Assembly (NCBI GenBank): GCA_018062385.1
Contig: JAGOSI010000001.1
Span: 5,904-69,903, forward strand
From: Minisyncoccota bacterium
Lineage (GTDB): Bacteria; Patescibacteriota; Minisyncoccia; Phycocordibacterales; UBA918
DNA: 64,000 nucleotides
Direction: 5' to 3'
The notes under the pieces are model-generated. The model searched no databases. It had not been told where the DNA came from and saw only the letters and a program-made list of their open reading frames with translations. Positions within the stretch are counted from its first letter, which is position 1. Each line of letters begins with the position of its first letter. The position numbers and the translations under genes are program-made. Shown here piece after piece: positions 34,369 through 45,157 of this stretch.

Positions 34369-36847
34369 TTTAATTTTTAAATATAGCGCAAGGTTGGTAA
34401 TTAGAGAATGGCGTAAATTTATTTTACCGTTTTTTTCTTTATTAATAACTGTATCAATTTTAATTTTAATATTATTAGTCACAACCTCGGGTACATCTTT
34501 ATTAAATGATCAGGCTCGCGAGTTGCAGGGTGGAGATGTGGTTTTAAGTAGTACCAGTAAAATTGATGTCGAGTCATTTTTGCAAAGTACAGCCTTGCAA
34601 CCGGAATTGATTTCTGAACAAATGAGCTTCTCTGGTACGCTGGAAAGTGATTTTGCAACCACGCCATTTTCTGTGCAGGTAGTAGATAATAATTATCCCT
34701 TGTATGGGAACTTTACCTTGGTAGACGGTGTTTTTTCCCAAGTTGGTGAGGATGAAATTTATTTAGATGTTAATGGAGCTGAAAAGTTGCAAGTTGAGCT
34801 GGGTGACAGTATTTATTTTGGAGAGACTGAGTTAAAAGTGGCTGGCATCATTGCTTCTGAACCAACTTCAGTGTTTGGAGGTTTTCGTTTCTTACCCAGA
34901 GCTATATTTTCTTTTTCAAGTTTTTATAAATCTAAAGTAGATCCTGCTTTACTTAGAGTCGACTATATTGATGCTTTAAAATTTGAAGAAAAGCTAACTT
35001 TCGCACAAATATCAGAAACCAGGTCTTTCTTTAAGAATGCAAAAGATGTTGATGTTGATATTGCTGGACAAGATAATCGAGGTTTGCAATTTGGTTTGCA
35101 AACCGTTTCAGATTTTTTAGTAGTTTCAATATTGATTACTATGGTCTTGGCCAGTGTCAATGTTTATGCTGGCATGCTGTATTTTGTGACAATTGAGAGA
35201 AAGAGTTTGGCTATATTGCTAGCTTTAGGTTTAACTAAAAATAAATTAAGCTTAATGCTTGGCACTGCTCTGTCATACATTGTCTTATTATCAAGTCTCG
35301 GTGGCGTAATGATTGGTATATATTTATTCACCACTTTGCAGAGTTATTTAGATACTAATTATTTAATTAAAATACCTAGTCCTGATTTTATTTTCTATGG
35401 AGTTGTCAGTACTGTTATTATATTTTTCCTCGCGGTTTCCGCTTTTATACCAGCGATAAAAAATAGTTTAGCTTTTAATCCAAAGCAAATTCTTATTGAT
35501 GATACCTCTAGTAGGATTAAGACATTTTCTTTAAAGACAATTATAAAAATAACTCTTATTACCTTGCTACCACTAACCGTCATTGCTATCTGGTTGTTTG
35601 GTAGTGTCTATAGTGGTGTGGGAATATTAATAAGTATTATATTGATTTACGTTTCCGTTTCCTTAGTGTTTGTTTGGGTTTTAAATTGGTTTTATAAAAA
35701 TAGATTCAGGTATAATTTTTTCGTTAGAAGTATAATCAACCAAAAGAAATCCGATGGATTATTTGGTACTATTTCTTTTACTTCTTTGTTCATTGCCCTG
35801 ACCGCACTTAGCACTCTGGTTTTATTACAATCATCTATAAAAAATTATTTGCAAAATGATTTATCAAACACTATACCTACTACATATATTTTGGATGTTC
35901 AGCCTTCGCAAAAATCTGATTTAAAAAATAATTTTCCTCAATTAGAATTATTTTCTAATACGAGAGCTCGTTTATTGGCAATTGATAATTTGCAAATCCA
36001 AGATGAAATTACAAAAGGTAATCCTAATGTTGAAAGGGAATTAGGAAGGGAGTTTAATTTAACTTCTAGAAAAAGTTTGTTGGCAAGTGAAGTAATTGTT
36101 TCGGGTAATGAGATAATTGGTCAAGTAGGGGAAGTATCGGTCGATGAGGAGTTTGCTAAAAGAGCCAATATAAAAATCGGATCACAATTAGTTTTTTTGA
36201 TTCAAGGTTTTGAGGTTGAGGTCATGGTCACTAGTCTCAGACAAACTGATTCTCGATCTGGTCTACCATTTTTTTATTTTATTTTGTCACCAGATGATCT
36301 TGAAAGATTCCCTAGTGTTTACTTTGGTTTTTCTTATGATGACACAGAAGTTCAAAAGCAATTAGGAAAATATATTGCCCAAAATGCCCCTAATATTTCC
36401 ATGATCGAAACCCAAACGATTAGTTTGTTGGTTATTAAAATTATCAGTATTTTATCTATATTAATTTTAGCAGTCACCATACCACCCTTATTGATTGCTA
36501 CACTGCTAATAACTACATTGGTGATATTTTCCTATTCGACACGTCGACGAGAAGGAGGGAGGTTTAGAGCTTTAGGATTTTCGCAAAAAAAATTATTAAA
36601 GCAGTATTTATTAGAAACAATATCTCTTACTCTAATAGCAACTGTTTTTGCGTACTTTTTATCAATAATAATTAATTTTTTAGTTATGAATTACTTTTTT
36701 GATATCAATAATTTTGTTTGGTTTGATTTAAATTTAATAATCGGTTTAGCATTGATTTTATTTTTTATAATAAGTGTCGCTTTCTATTTATTTAAAAATG
36801 ATAATATGCCATTAAGAGAATTGCTTTCGTATGAAACAAACTTTTAA
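34355..36847 (+). CDS. ABC transporter permease with two FtsX-like domains (YbbP-like, 830 aa)
   Basis: Large polytopic membrane protein following the ATPase; duplicated 4-TM FtsX modules. Confidence 0.7.
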   Translation: MNAINLIFKYSARLVIREWRKFILPFFSLLITVSILILILLVTTSGTSLLNDQARELQGGDVVLSSTSKIDVESFLQSTALQPELISEQMSFSGTLESDFATTPFSVQVVDNNYPLYGNFTLVDGVFSQVGEDEIYLDVNGAEKLQVELGDSIYFGETELKVAGIIASEPTSVFGGFRFLPRAIFSFSSFYKSKVDPALLRVDYIDALKFEEKLTFAQISETRSFFKNAKDVDVDIAGQDNRGLQFGLQTVSDFLVVSILITMVLASVNVYAGMLYFVTIERKSLAILLALGLTKNKLSLMLGTALSYIVLLSSLGGVMIGIYLFTTLQSYLDTNYLIKIPSPDFIFYGVVSTVIIFFLAVSAFIPAIKNSLAFNPKQILIDDTSSRIKTFSLKTIIKITLITLLPLTVIAIWLFGSVYSGVGILISIILIYVSVSLVFVWVLNWFYKNRFRYNFFVRSIINQKKSDGLFGTISFTSLFIALTALSTLVLLQSSIKNYLQNDLSNTIPTTYILDVQPSQKSDLKNNFPQLELFSNTRARLLAIDNLQIQDEITKGNPNVERELGREFNLTSRKSLLASEVIVSGNEIIGQVGEVSVDEEFAKRANIKIGSQLVFLIQGFEVEVMVTSLRQTDSRSGLPFFYFILSPDDLERFPSVYFGFSYDDTEVQKQLGKYIAQNAPNISMIETQTISLLVIKIISILSILILAVTIPPLLIATLLITTLVIFSYSTRRREGGRFRALGFSQKKLLKQYLLETISLTLIATVFAYFLSIIINFLVMNYFFDINNFVWFDLNLIIGLALILFFIISVAFYLFKNDNMPLRELLSYETNF

Positions 36848-37514
36848 AGCGATGCTAATTACTTTTATACTTTTTGCGTTTTTCGGGATTTTTTGGTTGG
36901 TCACTGATAAGCAAGAAATTGTGATAGAAGAAAAAGATTTACAAGAATTAAAAACTGAAAAGATTAAAATTATTGCCTTCGGTGATAGCTTAACGGCTGG
37001 TTATGACCTAACCAATCAAGAAACTTATCCAGCCCAATTAGAGCAGAGTTTGCAAGCTCTGGGTTATTCTGTGATGGTTATCAATGCTGGGGTTAGTGGT
37101 GAAACTTCACGCGGTAATTTAGAAAGAGCAAATTTTATTAGTAACCAAAACCCCGATATTGTACTCTTGGGTATTGGTGGAAATGATGCCTTACGTTCTT
37201 TGTCTGTTTCTGAAACAAAAAATAATATTTTAAGTACTATTGCAGTCTTAAATAAGAATCCTAAACCACCAAAAATATTTTTATTGAAAATGCAGGCACC
37301 TTTAAATTCCGGTTTTAATTATAAAGAAAAGTTTGATGCTATTTATAATGATATCGCATCAGAAACAGGAGTGACATTGATACCTTTCATTACCGAAGAA
37401 ATTTATTTTGATACTAATAATAAATTATCCGATGGTATTCACTTAAACAAAATTGGTTATAAAAAAGTGGTTGATAATTATATTTTACCAGAAATGATTA
37501 AAGTTTTAGATTGA
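36831..37514 (+). CDS. SGNH/GDSL hydrolase (TesA/lysophospholipase L1-like)
   Basis: IIAFGDSLTAGY (GDSL block I), GVSGETS, GIGGNDALR, DGIHLN; follows the ybbA-ybbP-like genes as tesA does in E. coli. Confidence 0.75.
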   Translation: MKQTFKAMLITFILFAFFGIFWLVTDKQEIVIEEKDLQELKTEKIKIIAFGDSLTAGYDLTNQETYPAQLEQSLQALGYSVMVINAGVSGETSRGNLERANFISNQNPDIVLLGIGGNDALRSLSVSETKNNILSTIAVLNKNPKPPKIFLLKMQAPLNSGFNYKEKFDAIYNDIASETGVTLIPFITEEIYFDTNNKLSDGIHLNKIGYKKVVDNYILPEMIKVLD

Positions 37515-37653
37515 TTAAGTAAATATAAAAATGCATGGTGAATTGAGGGTAATGAAGCATTATACAGAAAAGTGACAGATGTCATTGCTTAAAACATATG
37601 TATTATTTACTGCACGCATCAATATTGAGTGATTGTGTTAAAAATTAATAAAT

Positions 37654-37690
37654 AAAGCCCCAGTCAAATAAAAATTGACTGGGGCTTTTG
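37654..37690. terminator. Terminator hairpin (aaagccccagtcaa...ttgactggggcttttgg)
   Basis: 14-bp stem; A- and T-rich flanks. Confidence 0.65.
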
Positions 37691-37921
37691 GATTATTATC
37701 TAAAATAGAACAAGCTAGTTTTAATCATTTCCAGAGATGATATTTTTGGTATCTACAATTTCTACAATCAAATGTCGTTGGATTTGAATATTTTGTCAGT
37801 CAGAGTGTGTCCGCATCTCGGGCATTTCATTAAAATAAATACGGTAAATTTGTAGATAAGTATAATAATTATACTTATAAATGGCAAAAGATAATCCACT
37901 AGTTTCTCCTATTGTTGTAAA

Positions 37922-38368
37922 CTACTGACTTTTCAAAATGCGTTCGATATCGCGCTTGGTGTCTCGCTCCTTTAACTTCTCGCGTTTGTCGGCTTTTTTC
38001 TTACCACGCGCTAAAGCGATTTGGAGCTTGATATGTCTTTTTTCACTGTACCACTTCACGGCGACAATAGTCAAACCTGGTTGTTCGCCGTAGCGTTTTA
38101 GTTCGGCCAGCTGTTTCTTTGTGAGGAGGAGTTTGCGAGTTCTTTCTGGGTCATATTTTTTTGGGGCGTTGGCAACTTGATAAGGACTGATCGAAGCACC
38201 TAAAAGCCAAGCTTCATCACCGCGAATCACCACGTAGGCACCGTTTAGGCTAGCTTTGCCAGCTCGTAAAGCTTTTACTTCAGTGCCAAGTAAAACCACC
38301 CCCGCTTCGAAAGTTTCAAGCAGTTCAAAATCAAAGGTGACTTTCTTGTTGCGGATAAAGTCGGTCAT
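37922..38368 (-). CDS. smpB: SsrA-binding protein SmpB
   Basis: ...FELLETFEAGVVLLGTEVKALRAGKASLNGAYVVIRGDEAWLLGASISPY...KWYSEKRHIKL... Confidence 0.95.
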   Translation of the reverse strand: MTDFIRNKKVTFDFELLETFEAGVVLLGTEVKALRAGKASLNGAYVVIRGDEAWLLGASISPYQVANAPKKYDPERTRKLLLTKKQLAELKRYGEQPGLTIVAVKWYSEKRHIKLQIALARGKKKADKREKLKERDTKRDIERILKSQ

Positions 38369-38422
38369 AATTTAATATTATCAATAATACTATAGAGGTT
38401 TGGGGGTTTGAGCAAATTAAAG

Positions 38423-38467
38423 TAGGTGGGGAGGAAGGTAAAGGGGCGCGGGCTTTGCCCGCGCCCC
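38423..38467. repeat. Perfect 20-21-bp GC-rich palindrome (ggaaggtaaaggggcgcgggc-tttg-cccgcgcccctttaccttcc) in the divergent smpB/ftsH intergenic region
   Basis: Seen directly; no adjacent T-run on the plus strand. Confidence 0.7.
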
Positions 38468-38528
38468 TTTACCTTCCTATGAAAATCTAGCTCCAAAACC
38501 TCTCGCAATACTCGTTATTTTATGTATA

Positions 38529-40631
38529 ATGCTCAATAATATGTCAAAATCAGAAAAAGATATCAATAACCCAGTTGAAAACGAGACAAAACCAACTGCC
38601 AGTCCTGAAGAAAATAAAACTGAAGACCAAAAGCCTGAGGAAAAATCAGAGATTAATAAAACTGAACCCGATAAGGACACGAAAATGTCTAAGCTCCGTG
38701 GTGTTGGTCAGCAGATGCCAATTGGTCCGGGCAACTTCTGGAACAATATGTTGTCAACAGTATTGCTTTTGATTTTCATTACTCTCGCTTTTAGCTACGT
38801 GACCGAAAACCAAACCAAGCCAGATCAGCTTTCGCTCTCGGAAGTGGTGGGGCAGGTAAAGTCCGGTGAGGTTAAGGAAATTATTGTGCGTGGTAGCAAG
38901 CTTGAGATTAAGTACAACGATGAGACTCGCAATGTGGCCGAAACTAAAAGAGAAACGGACGCTTCGGTTACAGAATCACTTAGTAATCTTGGTGTTTCGC
39001 CCGAACAACTCAGTACTATAAAAATTGATGTTCAAAGAGAAACTGGATTTGGTTATTGGCTTTCACAATTTGCGCCATTTATTTTCCCATTGTTATTTTT
39101 GATCTTGATTGTTTGGTTCTTTATGCGTTCAGTGAAAGGGGCAGGGATGCAAGCACTTAATTTTGGATCAAGTAAAGCGAGAATGATAGACCCAAATGAT
39201 ACTGCTCAAAAAGTCACTTTCAAAGATGTGGCCGGAGCCAAAGAAGCAAAACAAGAGCTAGAAGAAATTGTTGATTTCCTAAAGAATCCAAAGAAGTTTT
39301 TGGATATTGGCGCAGAGATTCCTAAAGGGGTAATGATGATGGGTGCACCGGGAACTGGTAAGACATTGCTGGCGCGAGCGGTGGCGGGGGAGGCAGGTGT
39401 GCCATTCTTTTCAATCTCAGGATCTGAGTTTGTGGAGATGTTTGTGGGAGTGGGAGCGTCTCGAGTGCGTGATTTGTTTGGTATGGCCAAGAAAGCTGCG
39501 CCAGCGATTATTTTTGTGGATGAGATTGATGCGGTTGGGCGAGTTCGTGGTACTGGAGTTGGTGGTGGCAATGATGAGCGTGAACAAACCCTCAATCAGA
39601 TTTTGGTGGAGATGGATGGTTTTGAACCAAACGCTAAAGTGATTGTGATGGCTGCAACCAACCGCCCAGATGTACTTGATCCAGCGCTACTTCGCCCCGG
39701 ACGTTTTGATCGTCGGGTGACTATCGACTTGCCAGACAGAAAAGACCGAGAAGAAATTCTTAAGGTGCATGCTCGTAAGAAGCCACTTCAAGAAGATGTT
39801 AATTTAGAAGTAATTGCAATGAGAACCCCTGGTTTCTCCGGTGCAGATCTTTATTCACTAATGAACGAGGCTGCTATTTTGACGGCTCGTGAGAAACGCA
39901 AAAAGGTTGGACAGTTTGATATTATTCGCTCAATTGAAAAAGTTATGCTGGGACCTGAGCGTAAGAGTCATGTCTTGTCGCCACGCGAAAAGCTTTTGAC
40001 TGCTTATCATGAAGTCGGACACGCTTTGGTAGCTTCGGTTTTGCCTTATGCTGATCCGGTGCAAAAGATATCGGTTATTTCACGTGGACGAGCCGCTGGG
40101 TATACTTTGAAATTACCAGACGAAGATCGTCGTATGCATACCAAGAAAGAATTTCTAGATGATATTGCTATGACTCTTGGTGGATATGTAACCGAAGAAA
40201 TGGTGTTTGGTGATCTTACTACTGGACCAAGTAACGACTTGCAGGTGGTGGCAAATTTGGCGCGCGATATGGTCACAAAATACGGTATGAGTGATCTTGG
40301 TCCGATTGCATTCGAGGGTACAGGTGGACGCATGATCGGTGGCGGGATGAGTGAAGATCGTGGATATTCACCGCAAGTAGCGAAGGCGATTGATGACGAA
40401 GTACAAAAAATTATTGAAGACGGAAAAAACAAGGCTAGAGAAATTTTGACTAAGTATCGCACTGCACTTGATGTTATCTCGAAACGTTTGGCTGAGGTAG
40501 AGACCTTAGAGCGTGAAGAATATGAAGCTTTGTTAAAGCGAGAGGGGGTAGAAATTCAAGACGCATATAAGAAGCAGAGGGAAGAGGAGGAAAAGGTTGG
40601 CGATCCAACAAAAGTGTTGGAAGATAAATAG
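38529..40631 (+). CDS. ftsH: ATP-dependent zinc metalloprotease FtsH with acidic/Lys-rich N-terminal extension
   Basis: AAA Walker [27 protein letters not shown], zinc motif HEVGHAL; 2 TM. Confidence 0.95.
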   Translation: MLNNMSKSEKDINNPVENETKPTASPEENKTEDQKPEEKSEINKTEPDKDTKMSKLRGVGQQMPIGPGNFWNNMLSTVLLLIFITLAFSYVTENQTKPDQLSLSEVVGQVKSGEVKEIIVRGSKLEIKYNDETRNVAETKRETDASVTESLSNLGVSPEQLSTIKIDVQRETGFGYWLSQFAPFIFPLLFLILIVWFFMRSVKGAGMQALNFGSSKARMIDPNDTAQKVTFKDVAGAKEAKQELEEIVDFLKNPKKFLDIGAEIPKGVMMMGAPGTGKTLLARAVAGEAGVPFFSISGSEFVEMFVGVGASRVRDLFGMAKKAAPAIIFVDEIDAVGRVRGTGVGGGNDEREQTLNQILVEMDGFEPNAKVIVMAATNRPDVLDPALLRPGRFDRRVTIDLPDRKDREEILKVHARKKPLQEDVNLEVIAMRTPGFSGADLYSLMNEAAILTAREKRKKVGQFDIIRSIEKVMLGPERKSHVLSPREKLLTAYHEVGHALVASVLPYADPVQKISVISRGRAAGYTLKLPDEDRRMHTKKEFLDDIAMTLGGYVTEEMVFGDLTTGPSNDLQVVANLARDMVTKYGMSDLGPIAFEGTGGRMIGGGMSEDRGYSPQVAKAIDDEVQKIIEDGKNKAREILTKYRTALDVISKRLAEVETLEREEYEALLKREGVEIQDAYKKQREEEEKVGDPTKVLEDK

Positions 40632-40636
40632 AGAAC

Positions 40637-40668
40637 AAAAACCAAGATGAAACCATCTTGGTTTTTTG
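40637..40668 (+). terminator. Rho-independent terminator after ftsH
   Basis: ccaagatg-aaac-catcttgg + T6. Confidence 0.75.
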
Positions 40669-40763
40669 TTTGGTTAGTTGTAATTCACTTATTATAAATA
40701 AAAAGACTTAATTTAACCCCCCGTGTTAATATGTGGTGTTATTAAATTAGATTATAAATTTTT

Positions 40764-41423
40764 ATGTTTGTATCCAGTCGTTTACAGTCGCTCTCGCCTT
40801 ACTTATTTTTGCTAGTAGCAACTTTGGTTATTTTATTTATTCCAAGTTCTTTTGCTAAAGCGGAAACTGTTACCAGTTCAGTTGCTCCACAAAGCGAAAC
40901 TCTTTTAAAAATTAATGAGTTACAGAAATTAGTTGAAAAGTATCAGAATATGCAGTTGGCAATAACTCAGCCAGCAACTACTTCATCAGATACTTTGTTT
41001 GTAGCCAAGCTGGCTGGTACAGCAGCATCTCATTGGAGTAAAGATTTAATCACATATACTTTATATTATGATATTACAGCCAAAGGAAGTGACATCTATC
41101 TTCATGACCAGCCAGAAGGTTATGAATATTTGACTATTCTTAATAGTAAAAATGAAAAAGGCCCAGGATCGTATGGTTATGGAGAAACAGTTACAAAAGC
41201 AGAAAAGATAGTTGGTGCGCAAGGAAATACAATTTACAAAGTTGCTAAAGGTACAAAGCAACGTTTTGCTGTGAAAGTTAAATACACCCCGTTTATTTCT
41301 GATGATAGTTATCGAGTTGTCCTAGGAATGTTACCATACATGACTGAGTTAGAGGGAAGGACTAATACTAAAGTGGTTAATTTCTCTACTTACCCAGTTA
41401 TGTGGCGCACTAGCGGATATTAA
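40764..41423 (+). CDS. secreted hypothetical protein
   Basis: Signal peptide ...SSFAKAE; no recognisable domain. Confidence 0.5.
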   Translation: MFVSSRLQSLSPYLFLLVATLVILFIPSSFAKAETVTSSVAPQSETLLKINELQKLVEKYQNMQLAITQPATTSSDTLFVAKLAGTAASHWSKDLITYTLYYDITAKGSDIYLHDQPEGYEYLTILNSKNEKGPGSYGYGETVTKAEKIVGAQGNTIYKVAKGTKQRFAVKVKYTPFISDDSYRVVLGMLPYMTELEGRTNTKVVNFSTYPVMWRTSGY

Positions 41424-41440
41424 GATAATTAATGATTTAT

Positions 41441-41481
41441 AAAAAAGAGGCGCGGGCGAAGCCCGTGCCTCTTTGTGTTTT
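41441..41481. terminator. Bidirectional terminator (agaggcgcgggc-gaa-gcccgtgcctct)
   Basis: Stem-loop with A6 and T-run flanks. Confidence 0.7.
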
Positions 41482-41498
41482 GGATTGTTTGTTGATTA

Positions 41499-42191
41499 TT
41501 ACAACTCCCTCAATTTTTCTTCACTTACAATCACCCCATCTTCCATGTAAATAATGCGGTGAACACCCAAGGCGTATTCACGTTCGTGGGTTACCATCAC
41601 TACGGTTTGATGTTGTTCACGATTTAGCTTGGTAAGAAGCTCAATTATTTGTTCACCAGAGATACTGTCAAGATTTGCAGTTGGTTCATCAGCGAAAATA
41701 ATTTTTGGATTACTACCAATAGCGCGGGCAATAGCTACACGTTGCTGTTCTCCGCCAGAAAGCTCAGAAGGAAGGTTTAGATATTTGCCAGCTAGTCCGA
41801 CATCGTCAAGGGCCTTGTCTGATTTTTGGGTTGCCATTTCCCAGTCTTCACCCCGCATTAAAAGTGGCATCATGATATTTTCACGAGCTGATAAATCGGG
41901 AACGAGAGCATAATCTTGAAAAACATAACCCAGGGTATTGAGTCTGAATTCAGTTTTTTCTCTTTCGGAAAGATTTACAACATCAGTACCATCGACCACT
42001 ATCTCACCCTCGGTTGGTGTGTCTAAAACTGACAGTTGATACATAAGAGTAGATTTTCCAGCACCAGATTTTCCCATAATAGCTACAAATTCTCCCTCAC
42101 GAATATCTATATCAATACCACGCAAAACATGGGTGACCAGATTGTCTTTTCCAAACGACCTTTTGATATTTTTAGCGGTGATGATGTTCAT
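41499..42191 (-). CDS. ABC transporter ATP-binding protein (MacB/FtsE-like)
   Basis: GKSGAGKSTL, LSGGEQQRVAIARA, IIFADEPTANLD. Confidence 0.85.
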   Translation of the reverse strand: MNIITAKNIKRSFGKDNLVTHVLRGIDIDIREGEFVAIMGKSGAGKSTLMYQLSVLDTPTEGEIVVDGTDVVNLSEREKTEFRLNTLGYVFQDYALVPDLSARENIMMPLLMRGEDWEMATQKSDKALDDVGLAGKYLNLPSELSGGEQQRVAIARAIGSNPKIIFADEPTANLDSISGEQIIELLTKLNREQHQTVVMVTHEREYALGVHRIIYMEDGVIVSEEKLREL

Positions 42192-42192
42192 A

Positions 42193-43440
42193 TTATTTTC
42201 TACCTAAAATAGCATTGAGAGTATTTTGTTTGGCTATTAGCCAAGCGGGAATAAAACCAGCGATGAGGGTAATAATAAACAAAACAATAAATTTATAAAA
42301 TGTTGTTTCGGGATCAGCCGAAAGAATGCCATCACTGAAAGGGAATTGAATGGGATTTTTTTCAAAATAAGGAACCAAGAATCCGTAAGTTAAAAGTGCA
42401 CCAAGAGCTGAGCCAGACAAGGCGTAAAATGCAGCTTGAATTACATAGGCAATTTCAATCGCTTTTCGGTCGATACCGATTCCTTTCAAAATACCTATGT
42501 GTCTGCGTCTTGAAAGGGCGTTGATGAAAATAATAATAAAGATAGTAATTGAGGCCACGATAATACCAATTGAACCAATAAAAGTACCTAGAACATTAAA
42601 AGTGTTTTTTATATCGATTAAGAATTTAGGTAGATTTTCTTCATAAGTTAAAATCTTAGCGTAGGCATCAAGTCCGCTAGCTTTCATAGAAGCTACCACC
42701 GAAGCATTATCAGAAGGTTCTACGGTGCGGATCACAATTTGGTCGGCGTTCCGGTCTAGGCGATTAAAGAGGCGTCTAAATTCACGTTCAGGGATATAAG
42801 TAGCGAGATTGACTTCATCGACCTTTGATTCGATTATTCCTTTCACGATAAATTCTTTGGTAGTGTCGCCAACACTGAGACGTACAGTGTCGCCAGGGGA
42901 GATGTCAGACACAGTATCAAATACGTCACCAAATTGCTGGGCATATTCTTCGATGTAATAAATACCAATTAAAATATAACCCTCCTCATTGGGATTTAAA
43001 TATTCACCTTCGACTAATAAGTCGCCAAGGCCGGTCATGGCGTGTTCTTGAATTGGGTCAATACCAGTCACGGTTACAGCTGCAGTGTCTCGTTCACCAC
43101 TCAAGTCCCTCCGTTCTTTATAGTTGGCTTCTAGTGTCCCGCCACTTTTATAACGCACCGAATAAGTAGAGATCTCGGGATAGGTAGCAATCTCTCTAAT
43201 AAAGGAGTTGGTTTCTAAAATGTGATCTTGATCATCTAAGGTGGTGATAACAACATCACCGAGTGCGCTCTTTCGAACCGCTTGTTCAGCACCTTCAATC
43301 AGTCCGACTAAAATACCAGACACTGCAATTAAATTAAGAAAGGTCAGCATCATTACAAAGATGATTAGAGAGGTAGTCCACAGACTAGCTCGCTGAATTT
43401 GTCTAAGTCCTAGGAGTAAGCCGATGCGAAGACTGCGCAT
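42193..43440 (-). CDS. ABC transporter permease, FtsX/MacB-type (N-terminal TM, large extracytoplasmic domain, 3 C-terminal TM)
   Basis: Topology and position between the ATPase and adaptor genes. Confidence 0.7.
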   Translation of the reverse strand: MRSLRIGLLLGLRQIQRASLWTTSLIIFVMMLTFLNLIAVSGILVGLIEGAEQAVRKSALGDVVITTLDDQDHILETNSFIREIATYPEISTYSVRYKSGGTLEANYKERRDLSGERDTAAVTVTGIDPIQEHAMTGLGDLLVEGEYLNPNEEGYILIGIYYIEEYAQQFGDVFDTVSDISPGDTVRLSVGDTTKEFIVKGIIESKVDEVNLATYIPEREFRRLFNRLDRNADQIVIRTVEPSDNASVVASMKASGLDAYAKILTYEENLPKFLIDIKNTFNVLGTFIGSIGIIVASITIFIIIFINALSRRRHIGILKGIGIDRKAIEIAYVIQAAFYALSGSALGALLTYGFLVPYFEKNPIQFPFSDGILSADPETTFYKFIVLFIITLIAGFIPAWLIAKQNTLNAILGRK

Positions 43441-43444
43441 AATA

Positions 43445-44947
43445 TTATGGAGCGATTACTACGTCACCTTCATTTAGTCCTCCCACTTCCATAAAGCCGT
43501 CATTGCCAGTAAATAATACTTCTACACTAGAAGTGGCGGTCTGTCCTTCGACTAGTTTTAGAACCACTTGGCTACCATCAGTCAGTGTCGTAACAAATCT
43601 TTTTGGAATTCGTAAAACATTGTCTTTAGATTTTATAATAATATCAATGTCGGCATTTAATCCAGATCGAAGCCATGATGGGGTTTCGGCAAGTTCAATT
43701 ATGGTTTCAAAATAAGCTACGCCATCAATTTGGGTGGCGACTGGTGCTATGTAAATAATTTTACCAGTTAGTGTGTCTTGGCTTTGAGCATCAAAAATTG
43801 CTTCAACTGATTGATCGGTGGTAATTTTGGTAATGTCAATTTCGGGAACGCGAGCTTTGAGGGTGAAAGTATTATTGGCTAAAACAGTAATCACCGCCAC
43901 GGTAGGAGCGGCCTCACCTTTAGTGATAGAAACATTGGTTACTGTACCAGCAAAGGGAGCAACAATTGACCGATCACTAATTCTGGCGTCTATCGTTGCC
44001 ACTCTAGCTTCTGCTTGAGCAATGGTGGCGTTGGCTTTTGAAATCTCCTCGGTTCGGGCTGGGGCGGTTGATAGACCAGCTTCTTTTCTAGCTAAGTTTA
44101 AGGAATTTTCAGCGCTAGCAATGGAATTTTTAGCTTGAGTAATGGCTAAGGTGTAAGAATTATTTAAAGCGGTATAGTTGGCGCTCCTCGTGTTTGGAAT
44201 TTTTATTTCCCAATCTGAATCACTGTATAGATCTCCGGTAGTAAATTTTAAATATAAGCCACAGTTGCCGATAGGAGTGGGTTGATCGACACTTACTAAT
44301 CCGGTGCCTTTTTCTAATCCAGTATAGGTGTATGAATATCCTGACTCGCTACTGGAGCGATAAACGTGTAAATTATAAACCCCTTCCTTATCGCAAATAT
44401 AATTTCCAGTCACTGTGGGTGGTGTACTTTCTTCGTTTGGATCTAGAGCTAGGGAAGTAAGGTTGGTGGAGAAAAGTGCTGTACGGGCGTTTTCTACTTT
44501 ACGATTTTCTTCGATGATTACTCTAGCTAAATTGGCTTCGGCGTTTTTTATATTGGTATCAGCTACGGCGATGGTTTCGCTTCTGGGGCCAGCGGTGGTT
44601 TCGCGGTAGGCGGCGCGAGCGATAGCGAGCGCCGCCATGGCTTCATTTCTTTCGGCTACCAATTCGGTATTGGCTAGAGTAGCTAGTACTTCACCAGCTT
44701 TTACTGTCGATCCTTCTTCAATAAAAACATCAGTTACTATCCCTGTGCTTGGAAAAGCTAAGTCAGCCACTTGCTTGGCTTCAATAAAACCAGAAACTGA
44801 AACCAGATCAGTAACGTCACCTTTTTCGACAGTGGCAGTGATAAGATCTGGAGGTGGAGGGTTTAGATATTTAAAAACAAAAATACTAGCACTTAGTAAT
44901 AATATGGTAATTAAAACATTGGTGAAGTTAAATTTTAAAAAAGACAT
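43445..44947 (-). CDS. HlyD/MacA-family periplasmic adaptor (membrane fusion) protein
   Basis: N-terminal TM anchor, biotinyl/lipoyl-like hairpin motifs (...GEVLATLANTELVAERNEAMAALA...), long coiled coil, beta-barrel. Confidence 0.65.
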   Translation of the reverse strand: MSFLKFNFTNVLITILLLSASIFVFKYLNPPPPDLITATVEKGDVTDLVSVSGFIEAKQVADLAFPSTGIVTDVFIEEGSTVKAGEVLATLANTELVAERNEAMAALAIARAAYRETTAGPRSETIAVADTNIKNAEANLARVIIEENRKVENARTALFSTNLTSLALDPNEESTPPTVTGNYICDKEGVYNLHVYRSSSESGYSYTYTGLEKGTGLVSVDQPTPIGNCGLYLKFTTGDLYSDSDWEIKIPNTRSANYTALNNSYTLAITQAKNSIASAENSLNLARKEAGLSTAPARTEEISKANATIAQAEARVATIDARISDRSIVAPFAGTVTNVSITKGEAAPTVAVITVLANNTFTLKARVPEIDITKITTDQSVEAIFDAQSQDTLTGKIIYIAPVATQIDGVAYFETIIELAETPSWLRSGLNADIDIIIKSKDNVLRIPKRFVTTLTDGSQVVLKLVEGQTATSSVEVLFTGNDGFMEVGGLNEGDVVIAP

Positions 44948-44968
44948 TGCTCACATTGTAGCATTTTG

Positions 44969-45041
44969 TCCGCCAACTTGGACTCGAACCAAGGACCACA
45001 GAGGTATAAGCTCTGCGCTCTACCAACTGAGCTATTGGCGG
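44969..45041 (-). tRNA. tRNA with anticodon UAU (Ile-type, AUA-reading), C1-G72, A73, no encoded CCA
   Basis: Minus strand CCGCCAA-TA-GCTCAGTTGGTAGAGC-G-CAGAG-CTTATAC-CTCTG-TGGTC-CTTGG-TTCGAGT-CCAAG-TTGGCGG-A; cloverleaf parsed by eye. Confidence 0.65.
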
Positions 45042-45157
45042 AACACTCTTTATTTAGAGTGTTCAAACTATACCGCGATTTTGCGACTAACTCAATATAC
45101 AATAGGTCTTGCAATTTTTTTAAAATAAGATTAAATGTAAACAGTTTCAACCAGGAA

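Noticed and set aside
37515-37921. RNase P RNA, SRP RNA or 6S RNA in the 400-bp intergenic region before smpB
   Set aside because: The conserved P4, GGAAAGUCCGG, SRP domain IV and similar motifs are all absent. The region is AT-rich with one terminator and a 9+9 palindrome (aagtataat/attatactt) only.
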